In this document: positions 1 through 14,000 of the stretch, piece by piece
How the letters are laid out: each line of letters begins with the position of its first letter
How positions within the stretch are numbered: position 1 is the stretch's first letter
Assembly (NCBI GenBank): GCA_009103225.1
Contig: RHPI01002112.1
Span: 156,150 to 220,149, forward strand
DNA: 64,000 nt
Source of the DNA: Chlorokybus atmophyticus
Lineage: Eukaryota; Plantae; Mesostigma and Chlorokybus algae
Direction of reading: 5' to 3'
Program-made: the position numbers and the translations under genes
The notes under the pieces: model-generated
The model's input: only the letters and a program-made list of their open reading frames with translations
What the model was told of the DNA's origin: nothing
Databases searched by the model: none

Positions 1-85
1 CCCCCCCTCCGGCTTCTTGATTGAGCTTAGCTCATGCTTCAGCCTCATTCCACTCGTGGAACTTGAACTAACAGTCGACTGTCAG

Positions 86-2291
86 GTGACAAGGGTGCGG
101 AGCGCTCTGGCGTTTGCGACGCACGCGTTCTTTCGCGAGCGTGGGTTTGTGTGGGTGGCGACGCCCATCATCACCGGCTCCGACTGCGAGGGTGCTGGTG
201 AGCGCTTCCTTGTCACCACTCTGGTGAGCGACTCAAAGGGTGTGGCGATGGCCAGGCACCCGGTAGTCACATTCCTGTTTCTTTGCATATGCCAGAAGCA
301 CTTTTGAACCTGTTGCAGTGAGCCACTCCAAAGTGGTTGATGTCTTTGCTAGGTACCTGAGGGCACAGAGGGCCAGGGCGTGAAAGCCTCGGACATACCC
401 ACAACCGACAAAGGCATCCTGGACTTCTCAAAGGTTGATGCTGTGTACAGTATGTACAGTATGTGGCTGTCGCGAGATTGTGGCATTGGCAACTCTTTTG
501 TCTCACTTGTTGACCAGATTTTCCCGGAATGTTGCAGGATTTCTTTGGGAAGGGCGCGTATCTCACTGTATCAGGGCAGCTGAACGCTGAGATCTATGCT
601 ACCGCACTAAGTGATGTAAGCAGTATTGCTCTGACGTAAGCAGTTGCCTCACACGCATTTGCAAGGCGTGCATTCACAACGTGCTTTTAAATCAAACTGC
701 GTGTGTGCGCCATGGGTCTCGCAGGTGTACACTTTCGGTCCCACTTTCCGCGCTGAGAACTCGCAGACTTCGCGCCATCTTGCTGAGTTCTGGGTGAGTG
801 TATGTTTCGTGCTCAAGATTAGACACAACGCCATATGCAATAGCAATGGCGTCTGACGGAAGGGTTTGCAATGCTTTCGTCTGATGTACAATTTGCACTC
901 CTCTTGCTCAATGCGCAGATGATTGAACCAGAGCTGGCTTTTGCAAACCTTGCAGATGACATGGAGTGTGCAGAGTCGTACCTGCGCTACACGGTAAGTC
1001 CTTGGAAGCTTTTCATTGTGGTTAATGCTTGACAACATCTGCATTATACCAAAACCATACAGTTCATGGGGCGTAGCTTGACCGCAGGCGCTTTTTCTAT
1101 GTTTGTGTGTGTACTTCGTGTGCATGTGCTCATGGATGGTTTGTTTCCTCAGCTAAGGTACGTGCTGGACAACTGCAAAGAAGACATGGCCTTCTTCGAC
1201 TCCTTTGTTGAGAAAGGTCTCATTGAGCGGTTGGAGGTGCGTTGAGTAAAAGCTCTGTGCTGCACGGATCACATCGAAGAAAACCTCACTACAGGTAGTA
1301 ACCCCTTCTGCCGTGTGGGTTTTGTTTCTGCCAGCACAGGCGGTTGCGAACAACAAGTTTGGCCACATCACATACACGGAAGCTGTGGAGTTGCTGAAGA
1401 AAGTGAAGACCAAGTTTGAGTTTCCAGTAAGCACACCTGGCTGTGGTGCAGCCATTAGTGCTTAACTCATGCCATCGTGTTAATATACATCATGTTGGAC
1501 AACTACCTAGCCCTCAATGTGAGCACCTTCAGACACAGTTGTTGACAGGTTGAATGGGGTAGGGACTTGCAAAGCGAGCACGAGCGATACATCACGGAGA
1601 AGATCTTTGAGGGCAGGCCTGTTGTCGTGACGGATTATCCGAAGGTGACCTTTGCGGCAGCAGTATTGTCAGTTGGGTTGCTGTATGTGACTACTGCTGA
1701 CACAATCGCACATATGTAGGATATCAAGGCGTTCTACATGCGCGTAAACGAAGATAACAGGACAGTTGCAGCCATGGACGTCCTTGTACCACGGGCAAGT
1801 GACTCGCATACTTTCTATGTTGGTTGGCATTCCTGTAGTGCTGACGTAGTGTCCATCAGGTTGGGGAGTTGATTGGTGGAAGTCAACGCGAGGAGCGCTA
1901 TGACGTAAGCTGAAGCCAGCCTTGAACTGCTCGCTGTGGGTGTTCTATCTTGTGCCTACTTGCATAAGGCCTTAGGTGGTTGTGTGTGTTGTGTTGCGCT
2001 CAGGTGTTGAAGGCACGCATAAGGGAGATGGGGCTGGATGAAGCACCTTACTGGTGGTACCTGGACCTGCGCCGTTATGGCACAGGTAGGGCTGTATGTG
2101 GTTAGCACCATCTTGTACGCCAATCTGACTTGTCTATCTGTCTCATTGTGGTATTGTGGTGCTGTATTGTTGCAGTCCCGCATGCCGGTTTTGGGCTGGG
2201 TTTTGAGCGCCTTGTTCAGTTTGTTACGGGCACAGAGAACATTCGGGACGTCATCCCATTCCCAAGGTTCCCGGGCTCTGTGGACTTCTAA
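86..2291 (+). CDS. asnS: Asparaginyl-tRNA synthetase, 3' part (about 12 exons; 5' end lies outside the window)
   Basis: Spliced exons give [62 protein letters not shown] (class II motif 2), [23 protein letters not shown] and [15 protein letters not shown] (motif 3), ending [12 protein letters not shown] at 2289-2291. Confidence 0.96.
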
Positions 2292-2989
2292 CGGACCACT
2301 TTCGCTTCATTTAGACTAAATGAGCTCAGTATGTGTTTCCCTTGCTGTGGGTACTGTGCGGTTGTATCTAAACTTATGAGGGTGCTGGATTCTATTGCAG
2401 TTGCCCTGGACTACAGCATATGTTTGCAATCATGTCGTTGCAACTGTATACGTCCGGCTTGCCAAAGTCTTGGGAGCAATGACCACACTCTACTACTGTA
2501 CACAATGGCACACGAGTGAGTAGTGGCTGACCGCCTTGGAGCAGAGGTGCAGAAGGAGGCTTCTGCATATGCAACACTTTGTGACGTTGCAGGCGAGCCC
2601 CGCTCAGCACATAACTGACAGGGGGGCAATAGCATTAGGTGTAGAAGGTAGGCAGCGTGCAAGCCCTGGGTAGCCCGGCGGTTTTGTATGCAGCATGCAG
2701 GTGAGTGTGGTGTATTGCATATTTTATGCATGCGCAAGGTGTTCTGCATTTCCTGTACAGCCACCTTACTAAATGATGTGGTCAATGTGCCTGTACAAAT
2801 TGTAGGAAACCAGCAGGGGAAACTTAGTAAATGGCAGGCAGTGACTGGAACTGCTTATACTAGGAATGGTAGTATGACACAAAACTATACAGATACCACA
2901 GCACAAGAGTCGCTGTGATAAGTACACGTATACAAACCTAGGTACATCACAATCATGTACACTACTAAGTTAGCAGCAGTTGCGCATCA

Positions 2990-4123
2990 TTACAATTGAA
3001 AGATGCTGGATGTGGATTGCGAGCGAGGCACCATCGACACCCGGCGCCTGCGCCACACCACAGTCCCCGAAGCTGCTGCCACACCCAACATAACACCCTG
3101 TGCGCGCATAATGAAGCTTAACAATTAGGCGGGTGGAGGATACAGACAGGCTGCTAGTGATCCACCTCATTTCACGACACTGAGTGCACAATGACTCAAT
3201 GCACAAAACCATGGGGTATCTGATCAATGTAATCCACCTCATAACTAATAGCATGACTGAACCTCCTCACCTCAAATTGCCAAAAGGAGAAGCGTTCTCG
3301 TTGGGGTGGCCGACAGCTTTGAAACGTGTCAAACGGCTCGGCATGCGCAGTTGCCTGACGTTCAACATGTCACACAAACACGCAGTATGAGCTTCGGTGC
3401 ATTGAGACTCTCTCGCTCACCAACAGTACGACAGTCTCACGTCGTTGTCATCCTGTATCAAGCGCCGATCGCCCTCGCCCGCATCACTGTCGTTCTCCTT
3501 CTCAGCCTTCGCGTCATCCTTGGGTGGCTTCACGGCGCCGCCCACATCCACGACAACACACCGCAGGGCCTCCTTGTAACCCGTGCGGAAGCAATGCGAA
3601 TCCTGCGCACACCAACACTGTGCCGGCAACAACAACTTGGCATTTCACAGCAAAATACTAGTATACCCACTTCAACCACCGCTGTGTGGTGTGTACAAGT
3701 ACCACACACAGTGATGCCTGCATGCATCACAGTGTGTGGTAGTTAAAGTAACTTACAATCTGACTGCATGCACAATATAAAAGCACCAATATTGCATCAC
3801 GCACGACCGTGACTGTAGTCGCAGCATGTGAGGGATGTGTAGCAGATGTGCAACGCAAGCTTACATGTTCGTCTTCAGCGCATGGCATGCAAGGACCCGT
3901 CACATTACAGTCGATCTTCTCAGCAGTCAGCTCCACCAGCTTTCTGTGTGACCTACCACATGCACATGCACATGCACGCGCACTAGAGATTAGAGTTTTG
4001 TCGGATGGCTTGCACAGTTGCCAAACACACTAAGCCAATACCAGCCTTATTTCACCTGTTGTCTGCTGCTGCGCTTCGGACGAACACCAGACAGCAGGCC
4101 AACAACAGCACAAACGCCCGCAT
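2990..4123 (-). CDS. JTB: JTB-like (jumping translocation breakpoint family) single-pass membrane protein, 5 exons
   Basis: Signal peptide MRAFVLLLACCLVFVRSAAA, then Cys-rich CNVTGPCMPC..DSHCFRTGYKEALRC, then SCRPPQRERFSFWQFE, then TM segment GVMLGVAAASGTVVW and RRRR. This matches the JTB pattern C..C..C..TGY.E..C / SC..FWKFEG-TM. All junctions are GT-AG and in phase. Confidence 0.7.
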
Positions 4124-4859
4124 TCCTAGTACTTCAGCCAACAACGAAGCAGCACTCAGTCATTGTATGTTGTCAACAAACACACAAGGACGCAGGAGCC
4201 ACACGTCAGTAGCGGTGCATTTTGCTCAAGATTGCAACCTTACTTGCACATGTGGCAGCCAGCTGGTACCGCTCCGCCTACATCAACAGCAACTGCAAAC
4301 GCTTCAAGGAGATCGGAAGCAACCTGCAGGATCCCTCCGTCTCCACCACCAATCCGGCCACACCTACACCGCCGCCGCCCTGCCAGCTGGCATTAGGGCT
4401 GACATAGGGGTGTCTAAGGAACTTCCAGATGAAACTTCCCGAAAGTAAGTCTACACGGAAGGACAGCGTGGAAGTCCTCCAAGCGATGGCAGCCAATCCT
4501 TTTTCCGCAGTCACCCGCGGTTAAGGGTGTTAACAAACCGCCCCGTAACGAGTAACCAGGACAGAGTGTGGTGCAGCGCTTTACGCGGCGTCACTTTGCA
4601 CGCCGCGAACCGTCGTTCGACGCCTGTTCGATTAACTAGGCAATCTTATCACTGCGTTGTTAACCCGGACCAGCGGTTACGGCGCGCGTGCTGACGCGCC
4701 AGGACGTGCCGCGGCCCATCGCACGCCGGCGGCCTCCACGCACCGAGCCCAAAACAAAAACACCCCAAAGGCCCTGTTTCATGAGCACCAATGGTAGAGA
4801 CTTAGTTATGCATGGCACCGCTAAAGGGCGTTTTACGGGCAGTGTGATGCCTCAAGAGG

Positions 4860-5235
4860 ATCCTTTTTGGCCCAGAACTGTACCTCATCTCTCAACAATC
4901 ATGAGAGCGCAAGTCATTGAGAGGGAAAAACTCAACTGGGGCTAACAGTTTCAATGAGACACTGATCTAGGTCGGTTGAACTCAGTTATGTTTGGGCCCG
5001 TCGCCGTGGGACGCGCAGGCCGCAAAGCGAGCAAAAAACGGGGGGGGAAAATTAAGCTAGGGAAACTGCAGCATAAGACGGCGATTAGCCGTGATCAAAC
5101 GGCTGCATACGCCGTGTGTTTGGGCTCAACAATGTCAGAAGACCGGTAGAGCAGCCGACTTGTGTGTTTGTCGGCCAGGTGTTTTTTGGGCCTTAAGCAG
5201 TGCTTTGCAGATAAACTTCGTCCAAAACCCTAGCA
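4860..5235. promoter_or_regulatory. Divergent promoter region between the JTB-like and sigma genes, with a telo-box and site II-like motifs
   Basis: AAAACCCTAG at ~5224-5233, and TGGGCC/GGCCCA motifs at ~4869, ~4993 and ~5188, in GC-rich DNA between two head-to-head genes. Confidence 0.4.
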
Positions 5236-5359
5236 AGCTGGCGGCGGCGGCGGTGGTGTACGTACGGGTGTAGGCGGCGGTGAGCGGGGTCTCCGCCGTG
5301 CCCCGGGTCGCACTCCCTCCCAAGGTGGTTACTAGCTTCTGCTGCGTTGGTTGGGGGCG

Positions 5360-7891
5360 ATGGCGGCCATGGCGTCGGCTGCTACAGCGACTGCCACGGC
5401 GGCATTCGCCGGCCCGGCGGCGGTGGCCCGGCGTTGGTCTGGAGCAAACCCTCGCGAGCAAGGTCGGTGGAGCTTCTGTTATAGATTTGTATGCATTGAC
5501 CATCTGCTGCTTCTGTAGTTTCTTTGCTCCGCTCGACGTGCAGAAGCAGCCCAGTGGTTGATGTCTCATGTGCAGCGCTTTGGTTACGGCCACCTGCTGT
5601 CAGTTTAGGGTGATGGCCTTCTTGCATATTATCCTTATCCTCGGTCGAGTTGCGATTGACCGCAATTGAGGCCTGCCGGGGCAGCGTCTCCGTTCAAGAA
5701 GCGTGCTTAGCTAACAGCATCGCCAGGTCAACCGTGGCGCTACTTTGCATAGCAAGCACCTACTCATAGTAGCGCAGTTGACCTTTAGCTGTGGCCTTTA
5801 CGGGGTCTTATTTGCTAGATAGGAGAGAGTTCCTTGTGCACATTACAGATCTCATTGCCTACTGCACGTTCAGTCATCAGGCTGTTGGAGCAACCTCCTT
5901 TATGCATTTACCTCCTTCACCAATTCAACTGCTGGGACAGTATCACACTCCCTGCTGACACAGTTTTATATCGCAGGTCTAGCGCTAGGCGCCTGGCATG
6001 ATTCCGCCCCAGCATTTACATTCTTTGGCACCCGCAAGCACAGGTAAGCTCATGAATGCAATTTGGCTGGAGGTTCATGAGTATATGCCGGTCTATCTGC
6101 TCATGCTGTGCGTTCAATCAGGTCGACATTGACCACCAGATCTACCACCCCGTCCTGCATACAAGCCAATGCCGCCCCAGGAGAAACAGCCAGTGCACTG
6201 GACAGGTCTTCTCTTTTATTTGATACAACTGAGGTGCCAACCAACTCCTCACCTTCAGACGTGTCCGTTGACGAGATTGCCGCAATGGCCAGGCGAGCTG
6301 CAGAGGTATTCTAATCCCAATGTCCTGCTGGTTCAGTCTTCCACAGAGTGCACACACATTGCTAGCTATGCAGGGCAGGATGGAAATTGATGGTTGTGGA
6401 TGTCTGCTGTGGCGTTGCACAGGTCTCGTGATAGGTGGATGAAAGGTGTGGTAGTCTAGCTGGTGTATGGTGACTCACCACAAGTTGTGGCTGTCGCAGG
6501 CGGCAATTCTTGCATGTGCGGAGCTGGAGGAGCTGTCCTTGGATATGGACGACTTGTCCAACAGCGAGCTGTACCCATCGGACACGGACAGGGCTTTGCT
6601 TGCTGAAGCTCAGCAAATAAGACGCCGAGAGAGGCGGCAGCAAAGGGCAGCAGCACGGTCCGCTAAGGCGAAGGCGTCATCACCAACTGCGTTTGATGCT
6701 GAAACAATAGAAGCAAACACTATGGCTTACGGTGTTGAGCTCGCCCCGGCTCATTCAGGGCGGACTGAGGAGGATGGGGACAGCCAAGTGGCGTTGGCCG
6801 AGCCTCGCATGACGAGTTCTCGTGAGCGTCGCAGGCTGGCTCGCTCGGAGGCGGGCGCAGCAAGCTCGTCTCTTGGCTCTGCGGTTGAGGATGGTCCCAC
6901 CAAGCGGTCTAAGAATCGAGTGCGGGAGCCCTCCTTTAGGGAGGCCAGCAACGACTCGGTGCGCGTTTATCTCAGGGAGATTGGTCAGACGCGGTTGCTC
7001 ACAGCAGAAGAGGAGATTGAACTCTCGCGGGAGATCCAGGCATGGTTGAAGCTGGAGCGTGCCCGCGAGAAGCTGGAGGAGGTGTTGGGTCGGACGGCCA
7101 CTACCGAGGAGCTCTCTGCAAGTGTAAACCTGTCTGTTGCTGAAGTGGAGTACAAGCTGCGCCACGGCAAGGCGTGCAAGGACCGCATGGTGCAGGCTAA
7201 CCTTCGGCTTGTCGTGTCCATTGCCAAGAAGTATGTTAACAGGGGCCTCTCCTTTCAAGACCTCATCCAGGAGGGCAGCATGGGTTTGATCAAGGGCGCT
7301 GAGAAATTTGATTTTAGCAAGGGTTTCAAGTTCTCCACCTACGCGCATTGGTGGATTAGGCAGGCAGTCACCCGTGCCATTGCAGACCAGTCGAGGACTA
7401 TCAGGTTGCCAGTGCATTTGTTTGAGATCATGTCGCGCATCAAGAAGACCAGCAAAGCAATTGCTGATGAGACGGGCCGCCCCGCGCGTGACGAGGATGT
7501 TGCCAGCCACCTCAACATCACAGTAGACAAGCTGCAGGCCATCTACACAGCCTCCAAGCTCCCGCTCTCTCTGGATGCACCTGTCTTTACAGATGAGAAA
7601 GCCACTCTGGAAGACATGATTGAGGCGGATGTTGAGGAGCCCCAAGAGAAGGCGGCGCGGGAGTTGCTGAAAGAGGACTTGGAGAACGTGCTGAACACGT
7701 TGAACCCTCGTGAGCGGGACGTACTGAGGCTACGTTATGGTCTTGCTGATGGGCGTGTTAGGACACTGGAGGAGATTGGCAATGTCTTCAAGGTTACGCG
7801 CGAGCGTATCCGCCAGATTGAAGCGAAAGCGTTGCGCAAGTTGAGGCAGCCTAGCAGGAACAGTATTCTTAGGGAGTACTTGGAGACATAG
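5360..7891 (+). CDS. rpoD: Nuclear-encoded plastid RNA polymerase sigma-70 factor (group 1-like)
   Basis: Region 1.2 DSVRVYLREIG, region 2 NLRLVVSIAKKY..DLIQEG..EKFD..GFKFSTYAHWWIRQA, region 4 RTLEEIG..VTRERIRQIEAKALRKLR. Ala/Ser/Thr-rich transit-peptide-like N-terminus. Proposed exons 5360-5462, ~5978-6043, ~6121-6306, 6500-7891; the 5' exons are less certain. Confidence 0.95.
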
Positions 7892-10800
7892 TCAGGGCTG
7901 TGCTTGGTTTAGCGATTATTGTATGATGTCGACTTGTGTAAATTGGGGATGTGCCAGGTTTGGTTGCAACGGACCTTAGCGATCAACAAACGCTGCTGCA
8001 TGATGATAGCTACTATACCAGTTGTGCATATGGAGAGCCTGTTCGTAATTGGCAGTTGTCTTCTACTGGATGGTGTCACACATAGTCGTGGTACTGCTGA
8101 GAGCCGCAAGCAAACCATAGTGCACAATATGCGTATGTAGGCTACATGATGTAGCCAGGCAGTGCGGAGTAGCTTGAGACAGCTGTAAGTTGCAGCCAAG
8201 GTTAAGTGGACAACAAGCAATGAGACTGGCCCAGGCCCCTAAGCTGTTCAACAGCAACAACCAGCACCACATGAATACAAAGTATAAAGATAAGCATGGG
8301 TGGTCATCACTACTCGCATGCTAGCGAATAGGTGACAAGCCGCCACACAGTAGCAGAAGAACCCGCTAGACACGGAAAGAAGTGTAGGCAGCGCTAATTG
8401 TGGCGCGAGGTTCTGTAATACTCTGTTGAGTTGCAAACCAACTGGTGTTTACGAGATGGCACACCGCTACTGATTTGGCACGCGGATTTCACAATTGTAT
8501 AGCATTCACTGACTCAGCAACAAAGTATGCACTACTGTGTTATTTGCATGTAATAAAAATCTAGGTCCTATATTGAACCCTACCAACAGCACGCATAGAT
8601 AAGTACACACTGACTCAAATGCTTGTTATTGCAAGGGGGCATTGCGGGGGGAGCATGAGGCTATCTTATGTGCAATGATTGTAATGCCAAACCAGAGACT
8701 CTAGACAAACTATGTATTGCAATCGTAATTGTGCATAAAAATAGCTTGTAATGCGCTTGTGATTACTGAGCAATCGACAACAATTGTGACACTTGCGGAT
8801 GTCTCCAACTTTGAGATGCTTGCAATAATACTCGACATAACAGAGAAGAACACAAGTGTGCATGTTGGCTTGCATTGACACCGTTGAAGATTAGTTCACG
8901 GTAGGTTAGTGATGTTAGTGTGCAAGCTTGAATGCGGGTGGTAGACGTGTGACAATGGGCTGTGCATAATCTCACGACAAGTTGTTTAAACACTTGCTAG
9001 CAGGAAACGGCATCGATAGTTTTTGCCGACTTTTTAAAGTGAAGCATGCATTTGTTTTATTCATGCCATTGATCACAAGTGGGAAATATGAGGTATTTTT
9101 GTGCATGCAAGTCCACCAACTTGGTTGAACTCAATGCCATAAAGCTCATAACATCATGCTCACAAACAAGCACAAATACTGAATACTGTGCTTATTTATG
9201 CATATGTGCGACATATATGTGGGTTCGTCAGGCAGTCAGTCACTCAGTTTTGCCTATGTACACCAACACGCCAGATGCTTGATACAAGATGTTAAGGGTT
9301 GTGCACCATGTAAAGTCTTCATCACATTTTAATGCGGCACGAACATATTTCCCACATCGCGAACCGTATCTGAAACAGCACCACCGTCGCCGGTGATGCC
9401 CCTTCAATCCTCTACCCCAACACCCACACCGCCTATGACAAGCCTTCAGCGGCATGGCCGCCACTGAGCAGAGAACTGAAAGTGAGGTCACATCAATTTG
9501 ATATGTTCTTGTATATCAAGTGTATATCAAGAGTACACCTCTCGATAATTAATTCACAATTCGACATCGACCCTACAGATATAGGGTAGTTAGGAAATCT
9601 AGCGTGAGCCAATCACAGCTCAGATAAGGTACCTAACGAGATAGTGATCACATTTTATTAAATGTGATATTAAATAGGCTTGAATAAGCGGTTCAACACT
9701 CATTGGGACTTATTTCAGCTATGATAATGCATCATAGCCTCCAATGAGCGAGGAACCGTAGAAAAGAGATATAAATAAGCATTAGATACTTATTCATACA
9801 GAATGTGTTATTTAAGCAGCAATAATACCCCTATTATTATTGCTCCCGTTACAGTATCACACGTGAACTGTTCTACGAGGGCTTGAACATGAAGAGCAAG
9901 AAGACATTACATGAGCTAACTTACACGTGTACAGGGAAAACATTTATTGAGAAAACTTATGCGTTGTTGCCCATAGATACGCCGTTTTGTTTTTATTATT
10001 TGTTTGTTCTTTTGCTGCGTAAATTTTTAGCACCAAGAACATATGTTATGCTAGGCATACAACTTATTTTTTTTTCAGTTATATATAACAAGTGGTTGCG
10101 GTTGCATAAAGCAAACACGCAATCTAAGTGTCCCGTTAATATACCGGCAAGTGAAGAAATTGCATAAGCAAGAGTGACATGAAGGCATGCAGCATAAATC
10201 ATACATAGACACTGTTAAGCTTACGAGAAGAATGCATTTCGGTTTATGCATGAATAACAAAATGCGAGGGTTTAAGTAAAAGGTAGTTTGGTAGCAAGTG
10301 TCATCACTCCAGTGTATTGGCCATTAAACCACAATGACACGTAATTTTTAATGTAGCGACCAATAGTTGCTTCGCACATTCTACATGTTTGAAACAGCAA
10401 GATCCATCTACTTGATATACATGAAAATGACATTCCACCTAGTAGTAGCGTCATTAGTGATAGTCGTTCTTACTTCTAAACGCACCTTTAACTACTTAGA
10501 TTTAGACCCCCAAACGAAGGTAGTCATTATATAGGGTAAATTGTTTCACACCATGATGCATGGTCCATACCCATGTCTATCACTGCCACGTGTCAATTAC
10601 TTACCATGGCGCACATATAAAGGCTAAGTGACTATGAGTGCAGGCAAGTTATCACACAACAACATGTCAAGCATGCAACGCAACAACTTACGTTCACCAC
10701 CTGCTTCAACTACTACCTACCTACCTTCCCTGCGTGGGTAGGTGTGCACCGCAAGTTGAACACCCCTTGGCACCCCTTGGCAATGTAAGCGAGGGTGTAT

Positions 10801-11046
10801 GCAATGCAGGGGTCGATATTATCAACACAGTCTTGCACCAGTGATGAAGCGACCACACCTCCATCTCCAGACATCTACCCCTAGAAACTACCATGTCCAG
10901 CCATCTCTAACCAACTTGAATGTGTAAACTGCACAACCGGCGATTCACTGTAGTGAACGCAACCTCAACCTAACTGATGTCTGCATGATAATTATTCTGT
11001 TGCGGGCAGCAGCAAGCGGAATTTCAAGACCCACACTCATGATGCA

Positions 11047-14000
11047 CTATTCGCTTCTGAAGTCATCAGCCTCAGGAGACGAGTCGCCACACTCAGTGCG
11101 GCTGCCTCCGCGCAACCTGTAGTTCACAGCGGAAGGTGTATCGTCGTCATCATCATCATCCGTATCGTGCTGGCTGGACTGCTCTCTGCGTTCCTCAGAA
11201 CCTTCGTCATCAGACCCTAGATCGTGCTCGCGTTCGCGCCGATGCTCGTGTTCATGCTCTCTCAAGTGCTCGTGCTCATGGGGTGACGTCGGTGAGCCTG
11301 GAACTTGATATGCACTCAACGAACCGGGTGGCCGCCGCCTGCGTGTCGGCAAACTTCTTCGCGCTCGGCTGCTTGATGGTGCTGACGAGGGCTCATTGCC
11401 GGGCTGTGAGCGCTCTGGCCAGCCAGCACTTGATGTCGTGCCTGCCGCTCGGGCCTCGTACGAAGCAAGAGATCGTGTGCGCATGGGTGGCCTGTCTGAC
11501 TCCCTATGCAAGCAATGTATTCTGTGAGTTAAACTGAGCATTAAGATTGAAACCGAAAACAGCTGCTTGTTGTGGTTGTGACACTTACCCCTTTTCAGGT
11601 GGCGGCTCGCTTGCTGTAGCAAATGCAGAAGTCCCTGGCGTTGCACCTCCGAGCATAGCAGCAGCCTGGACACAATGCTGGTGTAAATACCAAGGAGGCT
11701 CACAGCTCAATGCAGCAATGCACCCATCGTAGTAGTTGGTCACAGGTTCAAACTGACAAACAGACAACCAATCAACATGTACCTGAGCTGCAAGTTTTGC
11801 CGCTTTTATGCGAGCGCGTCTTTCCCTTTCTCGCAGAGCTCGCCTGGCCTTTTCTTCCGGCGGCCGGGGGCGCGACACGTAACCGCCGGACTTCTTCCGC
11901 GCAGCATTTGACTTGATCTCTAACCTAGCTAGACCTGAAGACCGCAGGTGCTTGGCAACTGGGCTTGCACTGCTTCCGGGTTCTTCAGCCCCTGTACAGC
12001 ATGTGAGGATATGTTGTTGCCAACCCTCTCTGGACGTGCCACGGGAAACAAATGCAAATACTGATGGAAGGCTACCATGTACAGGGCTGAGGGCCATACC
12101 CGTGGTTTCATATACATCGCGCCTTGAACTAGCTGGCGCATCACGACCTGTTAGAACGTGCTGTCCACCAAGCATGACTTGTCAGTACAACGGCACACTT
12201 CTCTGTCACGTTGTTGCAAGAACAGCGCCAAATACCCGCTCCAACAACAGCAAGTACAGTATCCGCACCTTGAGTGGACCAGCAGGAGCCTCACCACGTT
12301 CATGCTCAGAGGCTTCAAGTAAACCAACCCGCTTCTTCAAAGGAAGCCATGTTGGTGTATTTGTTCGTTCCTGCGCCTCACAACACCATCAGGCAACTGC
12401 TATCATCATCAGCGGCAGCAACACGCTTTCAGATGTTTTCAGCACCCAGCAATATACCTCTGACGCCTGCTCGGCGCTAAAACCCTGCTCCATAAGATAC
12501 TCCTCCACGTTTCTGTTGAGGGATAAAGCTGTTATAACCGGGGAGCTCAGAGCTTGCAGGTCGTTGGAAACTACATCGGCTGACAGCGGCTTGCACTTGG
12601 AAAAGCTTGGTGCGGTTGGACGACTGAAATGTTAGCCATGCTTGTGGTGAGAAGCACACCGCTGCAGCACGCGCAGTCTGCACAAAGTGACACTTCTATA
12701 GCATATATTACCTCGGGCGCGCATCCCTATCCGGGCGTGGCGGTCGCGCTTCGCGGCTGGCCTCCGAGCGTGTCATGACTGCAAAAAGTGACAAACACAA
12801 ATACATTGAGCATCAGGAGCCATACAAACATTTCAAGATGTCACAAAGCAGCTGCAAGACCTGATGGATGTGGTGAAGCACTGCGATTAACACGCTCCTC
12901 CACTCCGGTTGCTGCGCGTACTAGAGCTGCGATCGTGGACCTCACCTTCAGCTCATCTGACACTGCAACAAAGCAGAGCTGTTTCCTGGCGTGCCTAACA
13001 ATCGTGCTGCTGTTGTTGTTGGCAACTTCGCGTATACCTGTTGATCGACCAACCAACCATGTACTTACCAGCAGCGGCACTCGTCGTTCTCAGCAGCCGC
13101 TGCAACCAAGGATCCGAGAACCCAAACGCCTGACACAAATGACTGTCAAGGCCGGCCCAACTGAAAGTATGCATGTAACCTAGCACATGCCATCTCCTGG
13201 ACGTGATACGGTACAACTCGCATGTCACCCAGTGACTCCGAGCAACCATACAAGGCACGGCCCCCAAGTTGCACAAACTGCAGTGCAACGCAACTTACTA
13301 CTGGTCCATTGACAATGTCCCGCAGATCGCGTGCAAGTGCCAGGCGAGCCCATGGTGAGCTAGGAGTCGTGCCAATGTATTCTTCTGTGTTTGGCCCTGA
13401 CACACGTACCTGAACCAAACAAACATGCTTCAAGTTGACCGATCGCAGATTGAGAACAAATAAATGGTTGCCAACTTACAATGAATGCGGGACCCTGCTC
13501 TCCAGCGCGAACCTCCATGTCGCACTCGAGGGGTTGGCCATCCTGTGTGTGCACTTTGCATATCGCTCTGCAAAGGGGAGGACCGAGACAACATCGTCAA
13601 CATTGGCAAGTAATAGTCAGTTGCATCTGTTAGAAGCGTAACAAGCATGATGGGAAGGCGCATGCACAGTAGTCTACTGACTAGATACCTGTATCCAATG
13701 GGGTACGGGACAGACGATTGCCCAGCCTGTGCAAGACAAGGACAGGGGTAAAAACCACTCTTACAGACATTGAGCGTGGTAGTAATCTGAGTGATTTGAA
13801 TAGTCCAAACGACAAGCGCAACAGTGTGTTGAGACTCAAAAGTGCTCGAACAAGACCTTTGCATTAACTCTAGCAGGCTTTCTAGCTAGAACATGTACAC
13901 AACTCCCACCTTGAAGAAGTAGGCATCGGCAAACGGTCCTCGGTACATCCTGCCGAGGTCCCATACCGCGGTCTGACAGGAGCGCAACGAGAACGGCAGA

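Noticed and set aside
4222-4407. Short segment upstream of the JTB-like gene reading VAVDVGGAV on the minus strand (echoing VVVDVGGAV in JTB exon 3), with C-ending codons on the plus strand
   Set aside because: Only 9 codons, no ATG-initiated frame and no extension of similarity; most likely chance within a 5' UTR.
6755-7645. 296-aa minus-strand ORF
   Set aside because: Antisense shadow of the GC3-rich sigma factor exon.
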